Assembly: GCF_036321535.1 (NCBI RefSeq)
Contig: NC_087436.1
Location: 4,774,001 to 4,838,000, forward strand
DNA length: 64,000 bases
Source of the DNA: Camelus dromedarius
Lineage: Eukaryota
Direction of reading: 5' to 3'
The first letter of the stretch is position 1. The number at the start of each line of letters is the position of its first letter. Of this stretch, positions 12,437 through 25,638 are shown piece after piece. The notes below the pieces were generated by a model that worked only from the letters and a program-made list of their open reading frames with translations, made no database searches and had not been told where the DNA came from. The position numbers and the translations under genes were made by a program.

Positions 12437-13594
12437 TGTGTCTGCCTGCTAGCAAGAAAGAAGCCGCTCAGGCACAGGGGTGAGAGATTTTCCACCAGCA
12501 AAGAAATCACCGTTCACAATGTATCAACCCTGGAAGGCAGCTGCCTACATTTATAAAATGTATCAAATGTAAGTATTTACCTTGCAGTTGCTGTGAATTC
12601 GTTCTTATCTCTGTTGGCGTCTTTTTCGCGGCTTTCAATGAAAAGAGTTAATGTCTATACTTTCCATTACACATGGGTTGTGTTTCGAAGGAACGAATAT
12701 GTTCTAGCTCCTTAAAAAGGATTTACTAAAAGTAAATATTTGGAGCATTACTGAAAGATAAAAAGCAGGATGTTTTGGTGGAAAAGCAATAGGTCGGGAA
12801 GCAAAGAGTCTTCTGTTTTCTTTCCAATCTGCCACTAACTTGCTCTATAATGCAGATCCCAGAAACTCTTGGGGCTTGAACTTTCCATAGTTGCAAAATG
12901 ACAAAGTTAAAGCTCGCAATTTTTTATTTTCTTCTACATCTTGTGTACCATGATGTCAAACTATCTTTTTGTGTTTAGATGAAGAAACCAAGTTTCTAAG
13001 AATACAGAATGTATTTTCTTCCCTCACCTACCTTGCCATTTTACAATCTTTTATATTCTGTTGTTTGATTAGAAGGTTCTGAACCACTGGGTAAAGGTCT
13101 TATCTTGAATGAAGAAAATAATAAAAAATGATAAATGCCTTGGTATTGCCTATTTTTATTTTTTTTCCAAAAGGTAGAAAGCAATTGTGCTGTGTTGAAT
13201 GTCTTGCATAAGCTAAACCTGAAGACAAAGTCATTACTGTTCCCTCCGTGTGGTGTCACGTGCTGGGGTTGATAAAACTTGGCATTTGCTAGCGTGGTTT
13301 ATGTACTTCCAGGGAGAATCTTGTTCTTACTCTCTTTTTTGCCTGTCAAAACAGAGCAGTAGAGAAATGTAACTGAAGGTATCAGTAGACCACCCACCTT
13401 GCTCTAACTTATTTGAAAACGTTTTCTATTTTAAGTTTAGGAGGTTGATAGCTTGCCTGTCATTTGTGGTGCTGATAAAAGAAACCACAGCAACCAGCGC
13501 CACGGGCAGCGAAGTGGGGCATCCTACACCACAATGCACCGCAGTCATTTACCTGGTGGTCTTCCTGTGCTTTTTTCCTTCCTGAGAAAGCCAA

Positions 13595-13760
13595 ATGTAG
13601 TGTAACGAGTATGAGTTTTGGACTCGAGCTGGTCCTGGTTGGGCAACTTGGGCAACTTGGGCGTTATTAAATCCTGGTCATCTAATTGTCACCACTGTGA
13701 AATAGGGACAGTAGTGCCTACTTCAAAGGTGCGTGTGATGTTCGGTGAAACGCCATCACT
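13595..13760 (+). mobile_element. MIR SINE relic
   Basis: CTTGGGCAACTT...CCACTGTGAAATAGGGACAGTAGTGCCTACTTCAAAGG. Confidence 0.6.
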
Positions 13761-13931
13761 GTTTCTACTGTACCCATCATCAACTGTTGTTTCCCAGGCG
13801 TGGAAGTGAGGACTGAGAAAAGCAGGGTCCTTATCCCAGTGGGTCTTATATTCCTGCAAGTTATAAAGAGATGCATATACAGTGCCTTGAAGTGAGAGTT
13901 ACCAGACACACATTGTATTTATTTAAAAAAA

Positions 13932-14018
13932 TTTTTTTTTAATAGAAGTACTTGGGACTGAACCCAGGACTTCCTGCATGCTAGGCATGGGCTTTATCAC
14001 TGAGCTATGTCCTCCCCC
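13932..14018 (-). mobile_element. tRNA-Ala-derived short SINE (camelid vic-1 type)
   Basis: Reverse complement GGGGGAGGACATAGCTCAGTGATAAAGCCCATGCCTAGCATGCAGGAAGTCCTGGGTTCAGTCCC...TTAAAAAAAAA has A box, B box and A tail. Confidence 0.85.
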
Positions 14019-14024
14019 ATTTCC

Positions 14025-14400
14025 TTCTTTCAACCACCAATTTGCTCTCCATTTCTATAATTTTGTCATTTCCAGAATATTATATTAATGTAATCATACA
14101 ACATGTAACCTTTTGGTACTGGCTGTATTCATTCAGCATATTTCTCTGAAGATTTATTGAGATTGATGTGTATGTCAGCAGATTTTTCCTTTTTGATTGC
14201 TAAGTAGTATTCCATGGTATTGACATACCATAGTGTTTTATTAACTGTTCTCCCACTGAAGATGGTTGTTCCCAGTTTTGGGCTGTTATGAATCAAGCTG
14301 CTGTGAATATCTGTGTCAAGGTTTTGTGCACAAAATGTAAGTCTTCATTTCTCTTGATAAATGACCAAGGGTGGGATTGCTGGGTTGCATGGTGGTTGCA
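14025..14400 (-). mobile_element. L1M (L1MB/MC-like) 3' UTR fragment
   Basis: TCATACAACATGTAACCTTTTG...AGTAGTATTCCATGGTAT...CCAGTTTTGGGCTGTTATGAATCAAGCTGCTGTGAATATC. Confidence 0.85.
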
Positions 14401-16008
14401 TATAACATTTATTTCCATTTTTACAGACACAATCCATAAAGTAACACCTCAATGCTGGAGATCATGCAGGGAAGCCTTTTGTAAGTTGAATTACTGTTCA
14501 TAAATTAAATCACATTTTCCATATAATAGCATGGCTGTGTATTTTGGAAAATGAAGAATGAAGAAAAATGTCTACATTAGTAAAAATTATTCTGCAGTTA
14601 TTAGCTTTATTCCACAGTTCCCTAATTGCTAGCTTTGGTATGTATATTGGATTTTTAATGGACAGCCTCAAATGCGTTTCTACAGCAAGTGTCCCTTTCA
14701 CAAGAGACAGAGTTAACAATGTGCCCCTCTGTCACTCCTTGACCTTTCTGACAATTGGTTATTATCCTGTCCCCAGGTATAATGTTTTCATAATCCGGTA
14801 CTGACAATAGGCTTAGATATTTAAGTTTTGCTCTATTTGGATTCCAGCAAAACTTCTCTTTCTTTTTCTCTGCATTGCTTATCATCAAAGAGCAAGAAGC
14901 TATTTCAACACAAAGACATTTGGGAAGACGAGGAAGACCAATGAAATACTCACGGTTCTCGGGTGGTCACACTGTTTGCATATTACCACTCCTTGACGCA
15001 ACTGCAAGGTCACAGACCTAACGTAATTCTTTATACAAATCAAACACTTGACTTAAACAAACTTTTTCCCCCCTAAATTATCTAATAGATACAGGTTTAA
15101 GGAAAGTATTGTTCTGATTCCTTTGACTAAAGGGTTTATGTGTTTTTTTAACTCTCTAGATTGAAGTAGACTTTTCAGTGTGTGCCGCTCAGTTTTTTTC
15201 TTTAATATGCAGAAATATATTTCACAGAGTTGCACAAATTTATTCTAATTAGGAAGTCTGACTCAAACACTATTTAAAAATGTGATACATGTTAATGCCT
15301 TCAGATAAATTTGATTTATTAACTGCTTACCTTGCACTTTTTGAAAAGGACAAATTCATTCATCTGTTGAAAGTTTTATTATAACCTATGAAATCACTGT
15401 AATTAGGTATAAAAATCTCTAAAGAAAAGTACACGGAATTAGTGCCTGAGTGAGATTTCCATTATATACAAAATGCTCACAGCACGTCACCCGTGAAGTT
15501 TCCGCCTGACTCGCTGGTGTGAATGTCTGTGTGCAAGGCTGGAGCAAAACATTTCTGATCTATGATCATATCATTCTAATATAATAGCTCTCTGCTGTGT
15601 CAAGGTGTTTGATCCAATGGGAATTACATTAACCGACAGTAGAAACGAAAATCATTATTTGCCAGGCAATCTAAAGAGAACACTTGCGTTGTTTTGCTGA
15701 GAATGCGCTTTGAACTTAGTAACTGTTAATCTTTCGAAAAGTAAGAAATGATAATTGTACTCTGATCAATCAAATACTATTAGGTTTCCCTACTGAATAG
15801 GTTTCTACGGGTCTGTGTGTGGAGAGACTCGAGGAAAAGATGCTTTGGACCACCAGTTAAGGGCATTTCCCCCAAATCCTAGCAGGTGAGTTGAGCCATG
15901 CGTGATTATCAGGAATACTTTAGCTTAAGACCCAGTGCAAAGCTGACCAGAACCTCCTCACTCCCTTTCCCGAGACCATCACAGGAGCCACCTTCAGGAG
16001 AGGACACC

Positions 16009-16513
16009 TGGAACAGGGAGGAACAAATCTGACTCTGTATTAGATCTGTTCCTCTAGCTCTAACCCTGGGCTCTGTTTCCTGGGCTCAGTCATGCTGCTT
16101 CTGCACCTTTTGTTAAAGAATGTTACCTAGAGCCTGAAACACACAGGAAAACCAATCCTCAAGGCTCTGACCTTTAAGGGTATAACACTTTTCCATTCAT
16201 ATAGAGATAAAAAGTTGCAGAATAGAGAATAATATTTGTCTTGTTGGAGGTTTATAGGGACATCATGATCTGACCCACGTGGACAGCTGCAAGAACAAAG
16301 GATTCTGACCTCAAGAAACTTGCAACAACCAACCACACCCCCTCCCCTTTTTAGTATTCTGACTTGGGGAAGATGGTTCTCTAGGACATTAGTCCCCCAT
16401 CTTCTTGGTCTGTCAGCTTTCCAAATAAAGTCATTATTCCTTGTCTCAACACCTCATCTCCCGATTGATTGACCTGTTGTGTGGTGAGCAGAATGAGTTT
16501 GGACTCAGGAACA
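16009..16513 (+). mobile_element. ERV1-type solo LTR
   Basis: TG...CA termini; AACAAATCTGACTC start, AATAAA near 16425 and U5-like GTGAGCAGAATGAGTTTGGACTCAGGAACA end; no clear TSD. Confidence 0.78.
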
Positions 16514-17049
16514 ATTCTGCAAGAAATCTGTATTTTCTCATGAACAGTAAATGCTGCTTTCATTAAGTGTTAAACAATTCAATGATATTTTTAAATAGTG
16601 GTCTCTTATCTGATTCTGTGAGATGCTGGTTTGGTGTAGTCAAGTTTGGATTTTATTAGGCAATTAGATCTTTAGGACGACTGTATGCTTAATGAAACCA
16701 TAATGCATTTACTGAATAAAATGAATCCTGCCTGTGTCAGTCTCCGATATTTAGTACTTGGATTGAAAGGTGCTGGATTTTTTTTATTGATAGATCTAAA
16801 AGACAATTTAAAAATTCATGTGGTGTACTGCAGAAAGACTCATAAAACTGACATTCCCAATTCATTATACAGAGTCTCTGAGTCATATCGTAAACCTGAG
16901 TTGTAATTTGACAGTAGAAAATTTCATCACATATTGGGGCCCCACCATACGTGACTAGCATCTCAAGCAATTATCTCTTACACTGAAAATATGACAATTT
17001 TACAGAATGCTATGTTTATTACTGAGTTTCCAAGGGAATTATTTTGGTT

Positions 17050-17192
17050 AAAAAAGAAAAATAAGGAAGAAAGGAAGGAAGGGAGGGAGGGAGGAAGGAA
17101 GGAAGGAAGGAGTGAAGGAAGGAAGGAAGGAGTGAAGGAAGGAAGGAAGGAGTGAAGGAAGGAAGGAGTGAAGGAAGGAAGGGAAAAGAAAG
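17050..17192. repeat. (GGAA)n purine-rich microsatellite with a 20-bp higher-order unit
   Basis: Repeated AGTGAAGGAAGGAAGGAAGG units read directly. Confidence 0.95.
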
Positions 17193-17979
17193 ATGAATAG
17201 AATCCACCTGATTGTCTCTGTGGTTACCACATGGAGGCCCAAGAACAGTAGACTCTGGGACCACATGGCTCAGTGTTAACAGTTGTTTAGTCGCTCTTTT
17301 GGCAAATTATGTTACTATCAAGAAATGCCTTCTGATGAATGGTTTTCAACTCCAGAGAACAGGGACATCACAGTATATTGACAAAAATCAGTATTTTACT
17401 AGATTCACTGAATTCTAAATCTATGAATATTTTCATCCTTGGCATTATGTTCTTTAAAAAATGTTTTCAGGGATGAAATAACATAAAAACATAAGTTTTT
17501 GTGTCAGCACCATCTTTCATCTCCTTTTCTTCTCACCTACCTTTCTGTGTGTCCTGAACGAGATGCTGAGTCCAGCGAAGTCTTAATTATTATAGCATTT
17601 TATGTATCATTGTAGAAAATAACACATTGCCCACTTTTTTTTAATAAACATATAAACATGTCAGATATGCTAATGTACACATTTTGAATGAGGTCATCCA
17701 TTTTTGAAAATTAAATAAAGCTTTTTTTTTCAGAATTCATGAAACAAGTACATGAGCAAGCCGCCCTAAATAAGTAGGTAAAGTAATTTTGAAAAGAGTA
17801 TTTGTTGTGTTTTATTTTCTAACACTGTAAGAGCCACAATAACCTTTGCTGTATATACTGTTAAATGATTTATTAGTAAACTCATCTCTTTGCCAAACCC
17901 AATGACAGGGAAAAATCGAGCATCAATTATTATCTGAAATGTTGGTTTTTAGTTTGGGAACTGCATGAAGAATGCTACC

Positions 17980-18115
17980 AAGGGGACAGTCGGCCCCTGT
18001 CATCTCGGACCATGCTGGTTTGCCCCTGTCGTCCTGGTGTAATTATTAATGGTGCCTCCTTTCACTCTTAGAGTGAGTGTCCTGGTTTGTGGTAATAACT
18101 TATATTGTCACCTTA
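17980..18115 (+). mobile_element. MER94 (hAT-Blackjack) DNA transposon
   Basis: CCTGTCGTCCTGGTGTAATTATTAATGGTGCCTCCTTTCACTCT...GTGTCCTGGTTTG...TATATTGTCACCTTA matches MER94. Confidence 0.78.
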
Positions 18116-19669
18116 GTCATGACCCATTCTTCTGATTTTAAAAGATAAAAATTTTCCAAAGTGACATCTGGATAGACGGCAAAAGAATTTCTTTCCCAGA
18201 CATTTATAAATATTAGTTGTTCATAGCTGCACAAGACACAGGGAGGGCAATTGACCTTGGTCGTTCCAGAAACCAACAGGATTATAATTATTAACAAGGC
18301 CAAGTTTTTATTCTTAATCACAGGTTTCCTCTGGAAATTCATGTCACCCTCAAAATCACTTAACCATTAAAAGGGCACTTTGGATAATGAAGATCTGTTG
18401 AGTCTTACTCTGAAAGGGTGTGAACACACACACTATAGCCTTTGCTTCTGACAAAGGAACTTGAGTTTAGATCCATTGCAGTCTGCTAACAAAGGACCTT
18501 AGAGGAGCAAGTTCTTCAGAAGTGCTGGGTTCATTTCCTTATTTTCTGAAGAGTTGATCCAGATTGAGGGTCTTCAAAGGTGGGTGTGCTGACCACTGCT
18601 GACCAGCACGAGGTGCTCGCCAGTCTGTGGCATCATGCAAGAGAGTAAAATCCTTCTTTCTGGAGTTGAATTTATTCAATGCAGGCATTCATGTTTTACT
18701 CTGAGATAAGACAAGCTCAATAGATTTTGATGTGGCACTAGTGTTAGGAAATTGGTACATTTCTTAGATCCTGTTAACCGATACATTGTATCAAATGTAG
18801 CTAAATGGCATGTGCTAACTCAAAGGAAGAGTTACGTAAAACAGATACGAGGGCTCGGTAAACCTTGTGCATCAGTGGTTGTCACTAGTGCCATTAGGAT
18901 GGACAGAGATCGGTCACCCCATCTTTATGCTTTGAATGAACGTATTCCCATTGGTTCTAATTATGTTCCATGGAAATTGATGGCACATGAGAATATTGAA
19001 CCCCAGTGAATATAAGACCTGATTATGCATTAGGATGTGTGGAAATTCAATAACTCAGAACGACTACTGCTCCAAAGCTGCCTTGTACTAGAGTTAGAGG
19101 CAGAGCCTTGGAAAGGAGGTAATAAATGTGTTTTCCACGGGGAAAGGCGTTTCTTTTGGTGAATGCCCAGGTGTGCTCTTGGAACTCAGAACAAAATTTC
19201 CTATGATTTGCTTCCTTTCATCCTATGATTGTTCTTGTAGGACTGTTGGAATAAACAGTGTAGCCCCACAGGAGACCATCTCACCGGCTTTAAAGAGAAA
19301 GATAAGAGGGCTGGGAAAAAAAAAGGAGAAAAGCTTTTATAGAACCAGAGGAAGCAACTTCAATACTCAGCCTGGCATCAAAGCCATGGAAGGCATGAAA
19401 GACATAGTATGAGTTCTGTTAATAGTAAATTGCCGTAGAAAGGTGGGGAAAAATGCCCTGGAGGAAGGAGAATTGGTATATTATGAACATTATCATTAAG
19501 TCTACTCCAGTTCTTGATGCTAATTTCTAGTCCAGCATCCATTCTGAACAGAGAAAAGAGGTTAAAAAGGGGGGGGGGGATGATCATCCTTTTGTCTGAG
19601 AAAAAATGTTGGTGAACAAAGAAACCCGGACAACATGCACATCCTCGGGAGCTCAGCTCACAGCACGTT

Positions 19670-20030
19670 TACTGACTAAACTATGAATTAATGCACGTTT
19701 ACTGAGCACCCAGCCTACAAACCGAGAAGCTGTTGATCCCGGATGCTTCTAGGGAAGGTTACTGTCCAGGGACAGACTGAGGAGCAGTTTGGAGCAACGT
19801 GAGATCACGTTACTCGGGTGAGGTCCACGTCCTCGTCCTGAGTAGGGAGAGTGTTTGATTAAATATTCCACGGAGAGGAGTCATTCCTTAGAGAAAACTG
19901 CATGGGGGAAGTGGAATTTGAGCCAAGTTATGAACAACAACAGCAAAAAAGGTTTGGACTGAATTCAGGCGGAGGAGGAAAGGCATCTGAAGGAGAAGAA
20001 ACTGTGAAGTGAGTCCGTGAAGCTGGCGTG
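19670..20030 (-). mobile_element. L2 3' fragment
   Basis: CACGTTTACTGAGCACC and GGGGAAGTGGAATTTGAGCCAAGTTATGAA are antisense L2 tail motifs. Confidence 0.5.
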
Positions 20031-20776
20031 ATAACACTGACCCTAGGAGACCGGAAGGAAAGTGGCCCAATTCGAGTAGGTGATGCTCTCCTCTAGACAG
20101 CCTTTCTTTGTTTGGTAAGTTTATAAATGCGAAAAAAAAAAATCTAGAAAATAGAATAGTGCGCTCTGAAGAGGAAATACTCCCAAACTGTCCCGTCCAC
20201 GACTTGTTCCCAACTTGTGGCCTGTTTTGAGTTTGCTTGTGAGATGCTTTCAATGCCTTTATGAGTATTCTCTCTGTCTTATATGTTTATACACATATCA
20301 TTGTATTATTTTCTGTTTTTTAACTTTAAAAAAAATAGTTAACAACGTGGAATAGTTATATTTTCCCATCGTTTACCTTGTACCTTTTAACAGCTGCCTG
20401 ATAGTCTTTCCTATCAATACATCATAATCAGGCAACCTGTATCCCATTGATAAACACTCAGCTTGTATCTGAGATTTTTCCAGTACAAACAACTTTAGGA
20501 GGAGTGAAATAAATGCACTGTGTGTTTACACACAATCAAACCATGTCTGTATACTCTTAGATGTGGAATTGATAAATCAAGGCAAAGTCCATTTACAAAC
20601 ATAACAGATACTGCTGGTCACCCCCCGTATTATTCCAAAGTGTCACCCCATCAATGGGGTTGGAGAAGAAGGCGGCTAGAGACTCAGACGAGACCAAGTA
20701 CAGTCAGGATGTCAGCTGGATAAGAAGCTGGGAGACTGCTGAGAAAATCTCTTCAATCTCTTTTCATTGATTCTAT

Positions 20777-21232
20777 TGCTGCAAAACCAGCCTCTGTACC
20801 CTGAAAACCGAGTTGAGACTCAGAGGCAGAGTTTGGGGAAAATCAGAAAAGAACAGCTTTCCTGTTTTGTCAGGCAGAGGTGGGTCACAGCAGGCGCACG
20901 CCTTAGGGACTGTGAATCCATCCTGGGGTTGAGGTCCTGAGGTTTTATAGAAAACTGGATGGAACAGAAAAGGTGACAACAACCAGGGCACTTTCCAGGG
21001 TGCTGCTACATTCCCCTTAACCTGGATGAATCTTTCTGGCATCGGGAGGAACTCCGGAGGGTCTGTGCACTTTTCTGAGATTATCGGTCCATCGCCTCCT
21101 TCCTGGAGCACAGCCTCTGGATTGAAGCTATGCTCAGAGAAGAAGGGATGCGGAGGGCAGAGTGTGACGGCAGGGAGTCAGTCTGTTAGTTTGTTTTCTA
21201 CTCCTTTGGACCCAAGTCTGTCATAAGCAACA
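20777..21232 (-). mobile_element. ERV1-type solo LTR
   Basis: CCGAGTTGAGACTCAGAGGCAGAGTTTGGGGAAAATCAGAAAAGAACAGCTTT...CAGGCAGAGG resembles an antisense U5/R of laurasiatherian ERV1 LTRs; TG..CA ends are tentative. Confidence 0.65.
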
Positions 21233-21779
21233 GCCAATAAGAGCCACGCTGGCATCTCTGGAAATGTTTTTTCTACTTGCTCATAAACTTGTCCTTGACA
21301 TGAGAAATTGTGAACCCAAACTGGGCAGAGAGGTGGGGGTCCCTGGATCGGGGGGTGGTCCCGCAGGGATGGTGTCGGTCATGGTGACCTGGGCGCTTGG
21401 GTTCACCGACTTCACAGACTCCACACCAGTGATCCAGCCTCACCGGAGACAAAACTGAGCATCTTCCCCGCTGCTCTGGCCCCAGCCTCTGGCCTCTTAG
21501 CTGAGTGTTTTCAGGCGAGTAATCATCCCTCCAGTTTGCAATCTTAAACAACAAGCTCTGTAAAATCATCCAAGAGGGAAACCAGAGTAACTGAGAAGGT
21601 GCTCTCGTTCTGATTCTGAGGAAATTTTGGTTTGGATAATTTTGAGGCTACATCAATCAACTCACCAACCAAACAGAAGCACCGCCGTAGAGGACGCGGA
21701 AAGAGGGGCGGAAAGGAGGGGAGCCTTGTAGGTCAGATCTCCTTTTCACTTGGATGAACTTCAAAGAAATGTGGTTTCT

Positions 21780-22380
21780 ATGCGCGAAATAAAAGACTGT
21801 TGATAGTTGGCATAAGAGAAAAGGTCAGACTAAACTGTGAAAACAGAATCGAGAATACAAAAGAGGAAAATGACAAAATCTCTCAGAATTCAGAGCAAGA
21901 GACAAAGGACTGAAAACAAACAGGAGTGTGTTTTACGTGAAGGGAAGGCAACACTGTTGCCAACTACATGCCTACCCAAACGATTACTTGGTTTTCCGTA
22001 AGAAAAAGTGCAAACTTTGGAACAAGACAAATATTAAAAGACCTAAGCAGCAGGAGGGCAAATTCTGAATATGGACCTCTAGTTACAGATCTAAAGAATT
22101 CAAAAGGTACCAGACAAAGAAGAGTTCAAAAGGTACCAAGGCGGTGAGGAAAGTGCGTTAAAGAAAAAAGCTCGACTTATCTTTATAAAAGTCTTTTACT
22201 GGAAGAACAATAAATCTCATATGATTTTTGGTAGAAAGATAAGTTAAAGAGAAAAGAAAAATTGTTACGAATGAATAAAATCAGACTATTATCAGACATG
22301 ATCCTGAGTCTCAGAAGAAACAGCGAAAGCATGAAATGGCAGGACCAAAAAAAAAAAAAAAAAAAAAGATAAAAAATCCA
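21780..22380 (+). mobile_element. Ancient L1 ORF1 fragment
   Basis: A-rich; AATCTCTCAGAATTCAGAGCAAGAGACAAAG and AAAATCAGACTATTATCAGAC. Confidence 0.5.
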
Positions 22381-22397
22381 AACACAGTAACAGCACT

Positions 22398-22881
22398 TGA
22401 GTGAAGGACAGAATTTGTCTTTCTCTGTCTGACTTATTTCAGTTAGCATAGTGCCCTCAAGTGCATCTATGTTTTGCACATGGCTGGGTTTGTGGGATGG
22501 AAAAACCAAAAAATAAAAACCACCAAATTCATAGAAAAAGGGATTAGATTTGTGGTCACCAGAGGTGGGAACTGGTGGCCGAAAGGCACAAATTCCCAGC
22601 TGTAAGGTAAACGAGTCCTGGGGCTGTAACGTACCGCAAGGTGACTGCGACTAGTGGAGGATACATTTAAAACTTGCTAAGGGAGTAAATCCTAACAATT
22701 CTTATCACAAAAAAGATTTTTTTTCCTCTTTCTTTGCAAGGAGCTGTATGAAAAGGTGGATGTTAACTAAACTTATTGTGATGACCCATTTGCCAAGTAT
22801 GTAAATCAAGTCCTTACGCATTAAGCTTATCTGGTGCTGTAGGTCAATTACATCTTAATAAACTGAAAGAAAAAAAATAAA
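22398..22881. mobile_element. 5'-inverted L1 (L1MA9-like) 3' end
   Basis: 22398-22480 is minus strand (TTTGTCTTTCTCTGTCTGACTTATTTCAGTTAGCATA); about 22490-22881 is the adjacent consensus segment in plus orientation ending AATAAA and an A tail. Confidence 0.8.
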
Positions 22882-23069
22882 GGGCAGGAAGGGGCAATTT
22901 GTAGAAAAATGTATGACAGAGAGAAATGCAGACCTCTCAGATAAAGACAGGGCTTCAAACACAGTGCCGACCAAAGTTAAAAAGTACTATTTTCAATACC
23001 ATGTTGACAATTGTTAAGTCTATGGCAGTGTCCAGTGTTTTAAAAACGTCACACAACAATCATGCAATG

Positions 23070-23590
23070 GAAGGGCGCTGTTAGGGTCGCACAGATTCAC
23101 TTCCTTCTCCTTCTGAGGACTGAGCTCTGATGCTCCTTTGGGGAGGCCCCCTCTGCCTCCTCTCAGCCTGTAAATTTGGAGGGAACTGACAGCCCAGAAG
23201 GACAGGGTTGGTTCAGAGATTGGCAGAGTCTACGTCAGACCAGGTGAGGTCCAAGTGCCAGGACTTCCGTTAACAAACTCAAGGGAAACTGGCCGCTCTG
23301 CCGTGTTCAGTGCTGCAACAGCGTGGCTCTGAGGTCACCGGGAGTTGGTGGGGGGGAGGGTGGATGAGGGGTCAGCACAGGCAGACGGGGGTGCAGCAAA
23401 CAACTGAGAACTGGCAAAGCCAACTGGTGGCTTGTGGTGGCCTGGTTTTAGCTCAGAACGAAGACACACCTGAAGTCACTTAAAAGTAAAAGCAGGCAGA
23501 CCTGTAAAACCCTGGGGTTGTGTGAGCCAATGAATTCGCCAACGAGCTTGTTTCTCACTTACAACAGAAAGGGTCTTAACCGATGTGCTT
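23070..23590 (+). mobile_element. MaLR LTR (MLT1K-like)
   Basis: TGTGAGCCAATGAATTC...TTGTTTCTCACTTACAACAGAAAGGGTCTTAACCGAT, the MLT1K-type 3' end. Confidence 0.6.
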
Positions 23591-23645
23591 AGGTGCCCTC
23601 AACCCGAGAATTCTAGGAATTTATACCCAAGTCTAAGACTAACAG

Positions 23646-23695
23646 GTGTGTGTGTGTGTGTGTCTGTCTGTGTGTGTGCACACGTGCGTGTGTGT
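23646..23695. repeat. Imperfect (TG)n microsatellite
   Basis: Read directly. Confidence 0.9.
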
Positions 23696-23922
23696 TCAGC
23701 ACAGGGATAGTTTTATGATAAATTAAAATCGGGTTTACTGACTAGACAGCATAGCCAGAAAGCAGAGGAAAACTTGGTGTTTTAAAGTGACAGCAGAAAG
23801 GGTATGTGACTGACGACGTGATTGCAAAAGCAGCCTTTTAGGATGTTGTAAGTCTAGGACTGACGCCTCCAGCTCAGGTCGCCAGATCACTGGCCTTGCT
23901 CTATTCAAACTATACTTGGAAT

Positions 23923-24111
23923 GGAGGTAGACAACCAGGTCCTACTGTAGAGCACAGGGAACTCTGTTCAATACCTTGTAATAACCTGTAGTGAAAAAGA
24001 ATATGAGCATGAATATGCATGTGATTGAGTCACTGTGCTGCACACCAGAAGTTAACACAACATTGTAAACCGACTATACGTCAATAAAAAATAAATAAGT
24101 TAAAAAAAAGT
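23923..24111 (+). mobile_element. L1 3'-end insertion (artiodactyl/camelid type)
   Basis: GTCCTACTGTAGAGCACAGGGAAC...AACATTGTAAACCGACTATACGTCAATAAA plus A tail; degenerate TSD AAACTATACTTGGAAT (23907-23922) / AAATTATATCTGGAGT (24112-24127). Confidence 0.88.
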
Positions 24112-25296
24112 AAATTATATCTGGAGTTTGGGTAGCTTTGAGGCCGACAGCAGATTTTTCCCACCCTTTCTTTGTCCCCAATGGAAGTGTTGCCCTCTCT
24201 GGTCTCTCTGGGTGGGACACAGCTGAGAACAGGTGTGGAGTTTGGATGGAGACCTCGGACCTGGTTAGCTACTTCTATCCTTGGTAGGTGCCTCTGACTA
24301 ATGGGACTGTGGGATTTTCAATAATTTTCATTTTATTCACTCACGTTTTCCATATCTTGTTCAATAAGGATTAGTCAGAGAGACAGGATAAGACCCAAGA
24401 TGATGGCTTTGTCAGGAGGTTCCCAAAGGTGACGGTCGTGGGGCTCCAAGGAAAGGCTGAGGCATGGAAATGAGGCACACGTCACGTGGGATGAAGCTGA
24501 GAGCATCACGGACCCTCCACTGAGTGGATGCTCAAAGTGGAAATTCTAACAGGAGAGGCCGAGCACTCCAGAGGGGGGGGAAATACAGGTGAGGATTTGA
24601 AGGTCTGAGTAAAGATCTGAGCAGCTGGCCTCATAACGCGATGGTGGAACAGTAAGAGACAGGACACACAGTGGTTGCCAGCAAGGCCCCGAGGAAGCTA
24701 GATAGCTAGGAGTTTTAGGAAATCTAGTTCTTGGGTTCCTCATCTTAATCTGCTCCTAACTTATCTCTTAAAAGGCAGAACCTCTTATCAAAGCAACTTC
24801 CAGTTTTTACAATTAAACAGGAAGGGAATTCATAAATGGGTCAAGAATTCATCCCCTGATAAGACAACCGTTATCCTCGACAGAACATCAAAATTGGTTT
24901 CATGAAATTCCTTCAGTGCAAAGAATAATAAAACAGCCAAATGCAAACTGTTCTTTATCCTTGTCTGTAAGAGATTCTTGGATCTTCCAAAAAAAAAAAA
25001 AAATACAAATAAGATAATTGCAACTGTCGAATAGCAGGTTTAAAGTTGATTATTCTTCATCATTATCAAGATTTGTCTGTTAGAAAGCAAAACGCTACAC
25101 TTTCTGACAGTTTAGTGTGTGTTTTAATGCATTCTTTCTTTACCAGATTGGCAAAGGAAACAAATGATTTATTGTTTTAGCTGTTTTTGTCATTTAAAAA
25201 TTATTACTAAAAGATGTTAGTTTAAATGTCTTTGAATAAAGGAAATGATTTTATGGCTCTTCTTCATTTCAGCAAATTAAATTAAGCCCTTATTAG

Positions 25297-25638
25297 TGAA
25301 GGGGCAAAACCCACAAAGGGAGCAGCAAGACCTCCCAGGCAGGGCCATGGCCTTCCCACTTTTGCACTTCTGTAAAACAGCTTGCTTCTAGGAAAATGAA
25401 ACTTACCTGTAAAATTCTATTGGTCCCCAAAAGCTCACTCCTGATTGGTCCATTTCTTACCCTTCATTTGCATATGGCGTGAACTTAATTGAAACCTAAA
25501 CTCCTATAAAAGCCTGTGTAAACGTACAGATGGGGTCCAGAGCTTGGAGTCTTCAACTCTCCTGGGCCTGCTGGCATAGTAAACCCTCCGAGTGTGAGGG
25601 TCTCTTGGTGTCTTGAGGGGATTCAGGTTGCTGTAACA
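25297..25638 (+). mobile_element. ERV1-type solo LTR with 4-bp TSD
   Basis: TG...CA termini flanked by TTAG on both sides; two ATTGG (inverted CCAAT) boxes, TATAAAA at about 25505 and an AGTAAA polyA-like signal. Confidence 0.88.

Noticed and set aside
19241..19406. Possible + strand exon after a good acceptor (TTCTTGTAG)
   Set aside because: Donor ATA/GTATGA is weak and the peptide is unrecognised; insufficient support
22094..22138. 19-bp direct repeat AAGA(A/G)TTCAAAAGGTACCA
   Set aside because: Only two copies with a 7-nt spacer inside an old L1; a local duplication, not a CRISPR-like array
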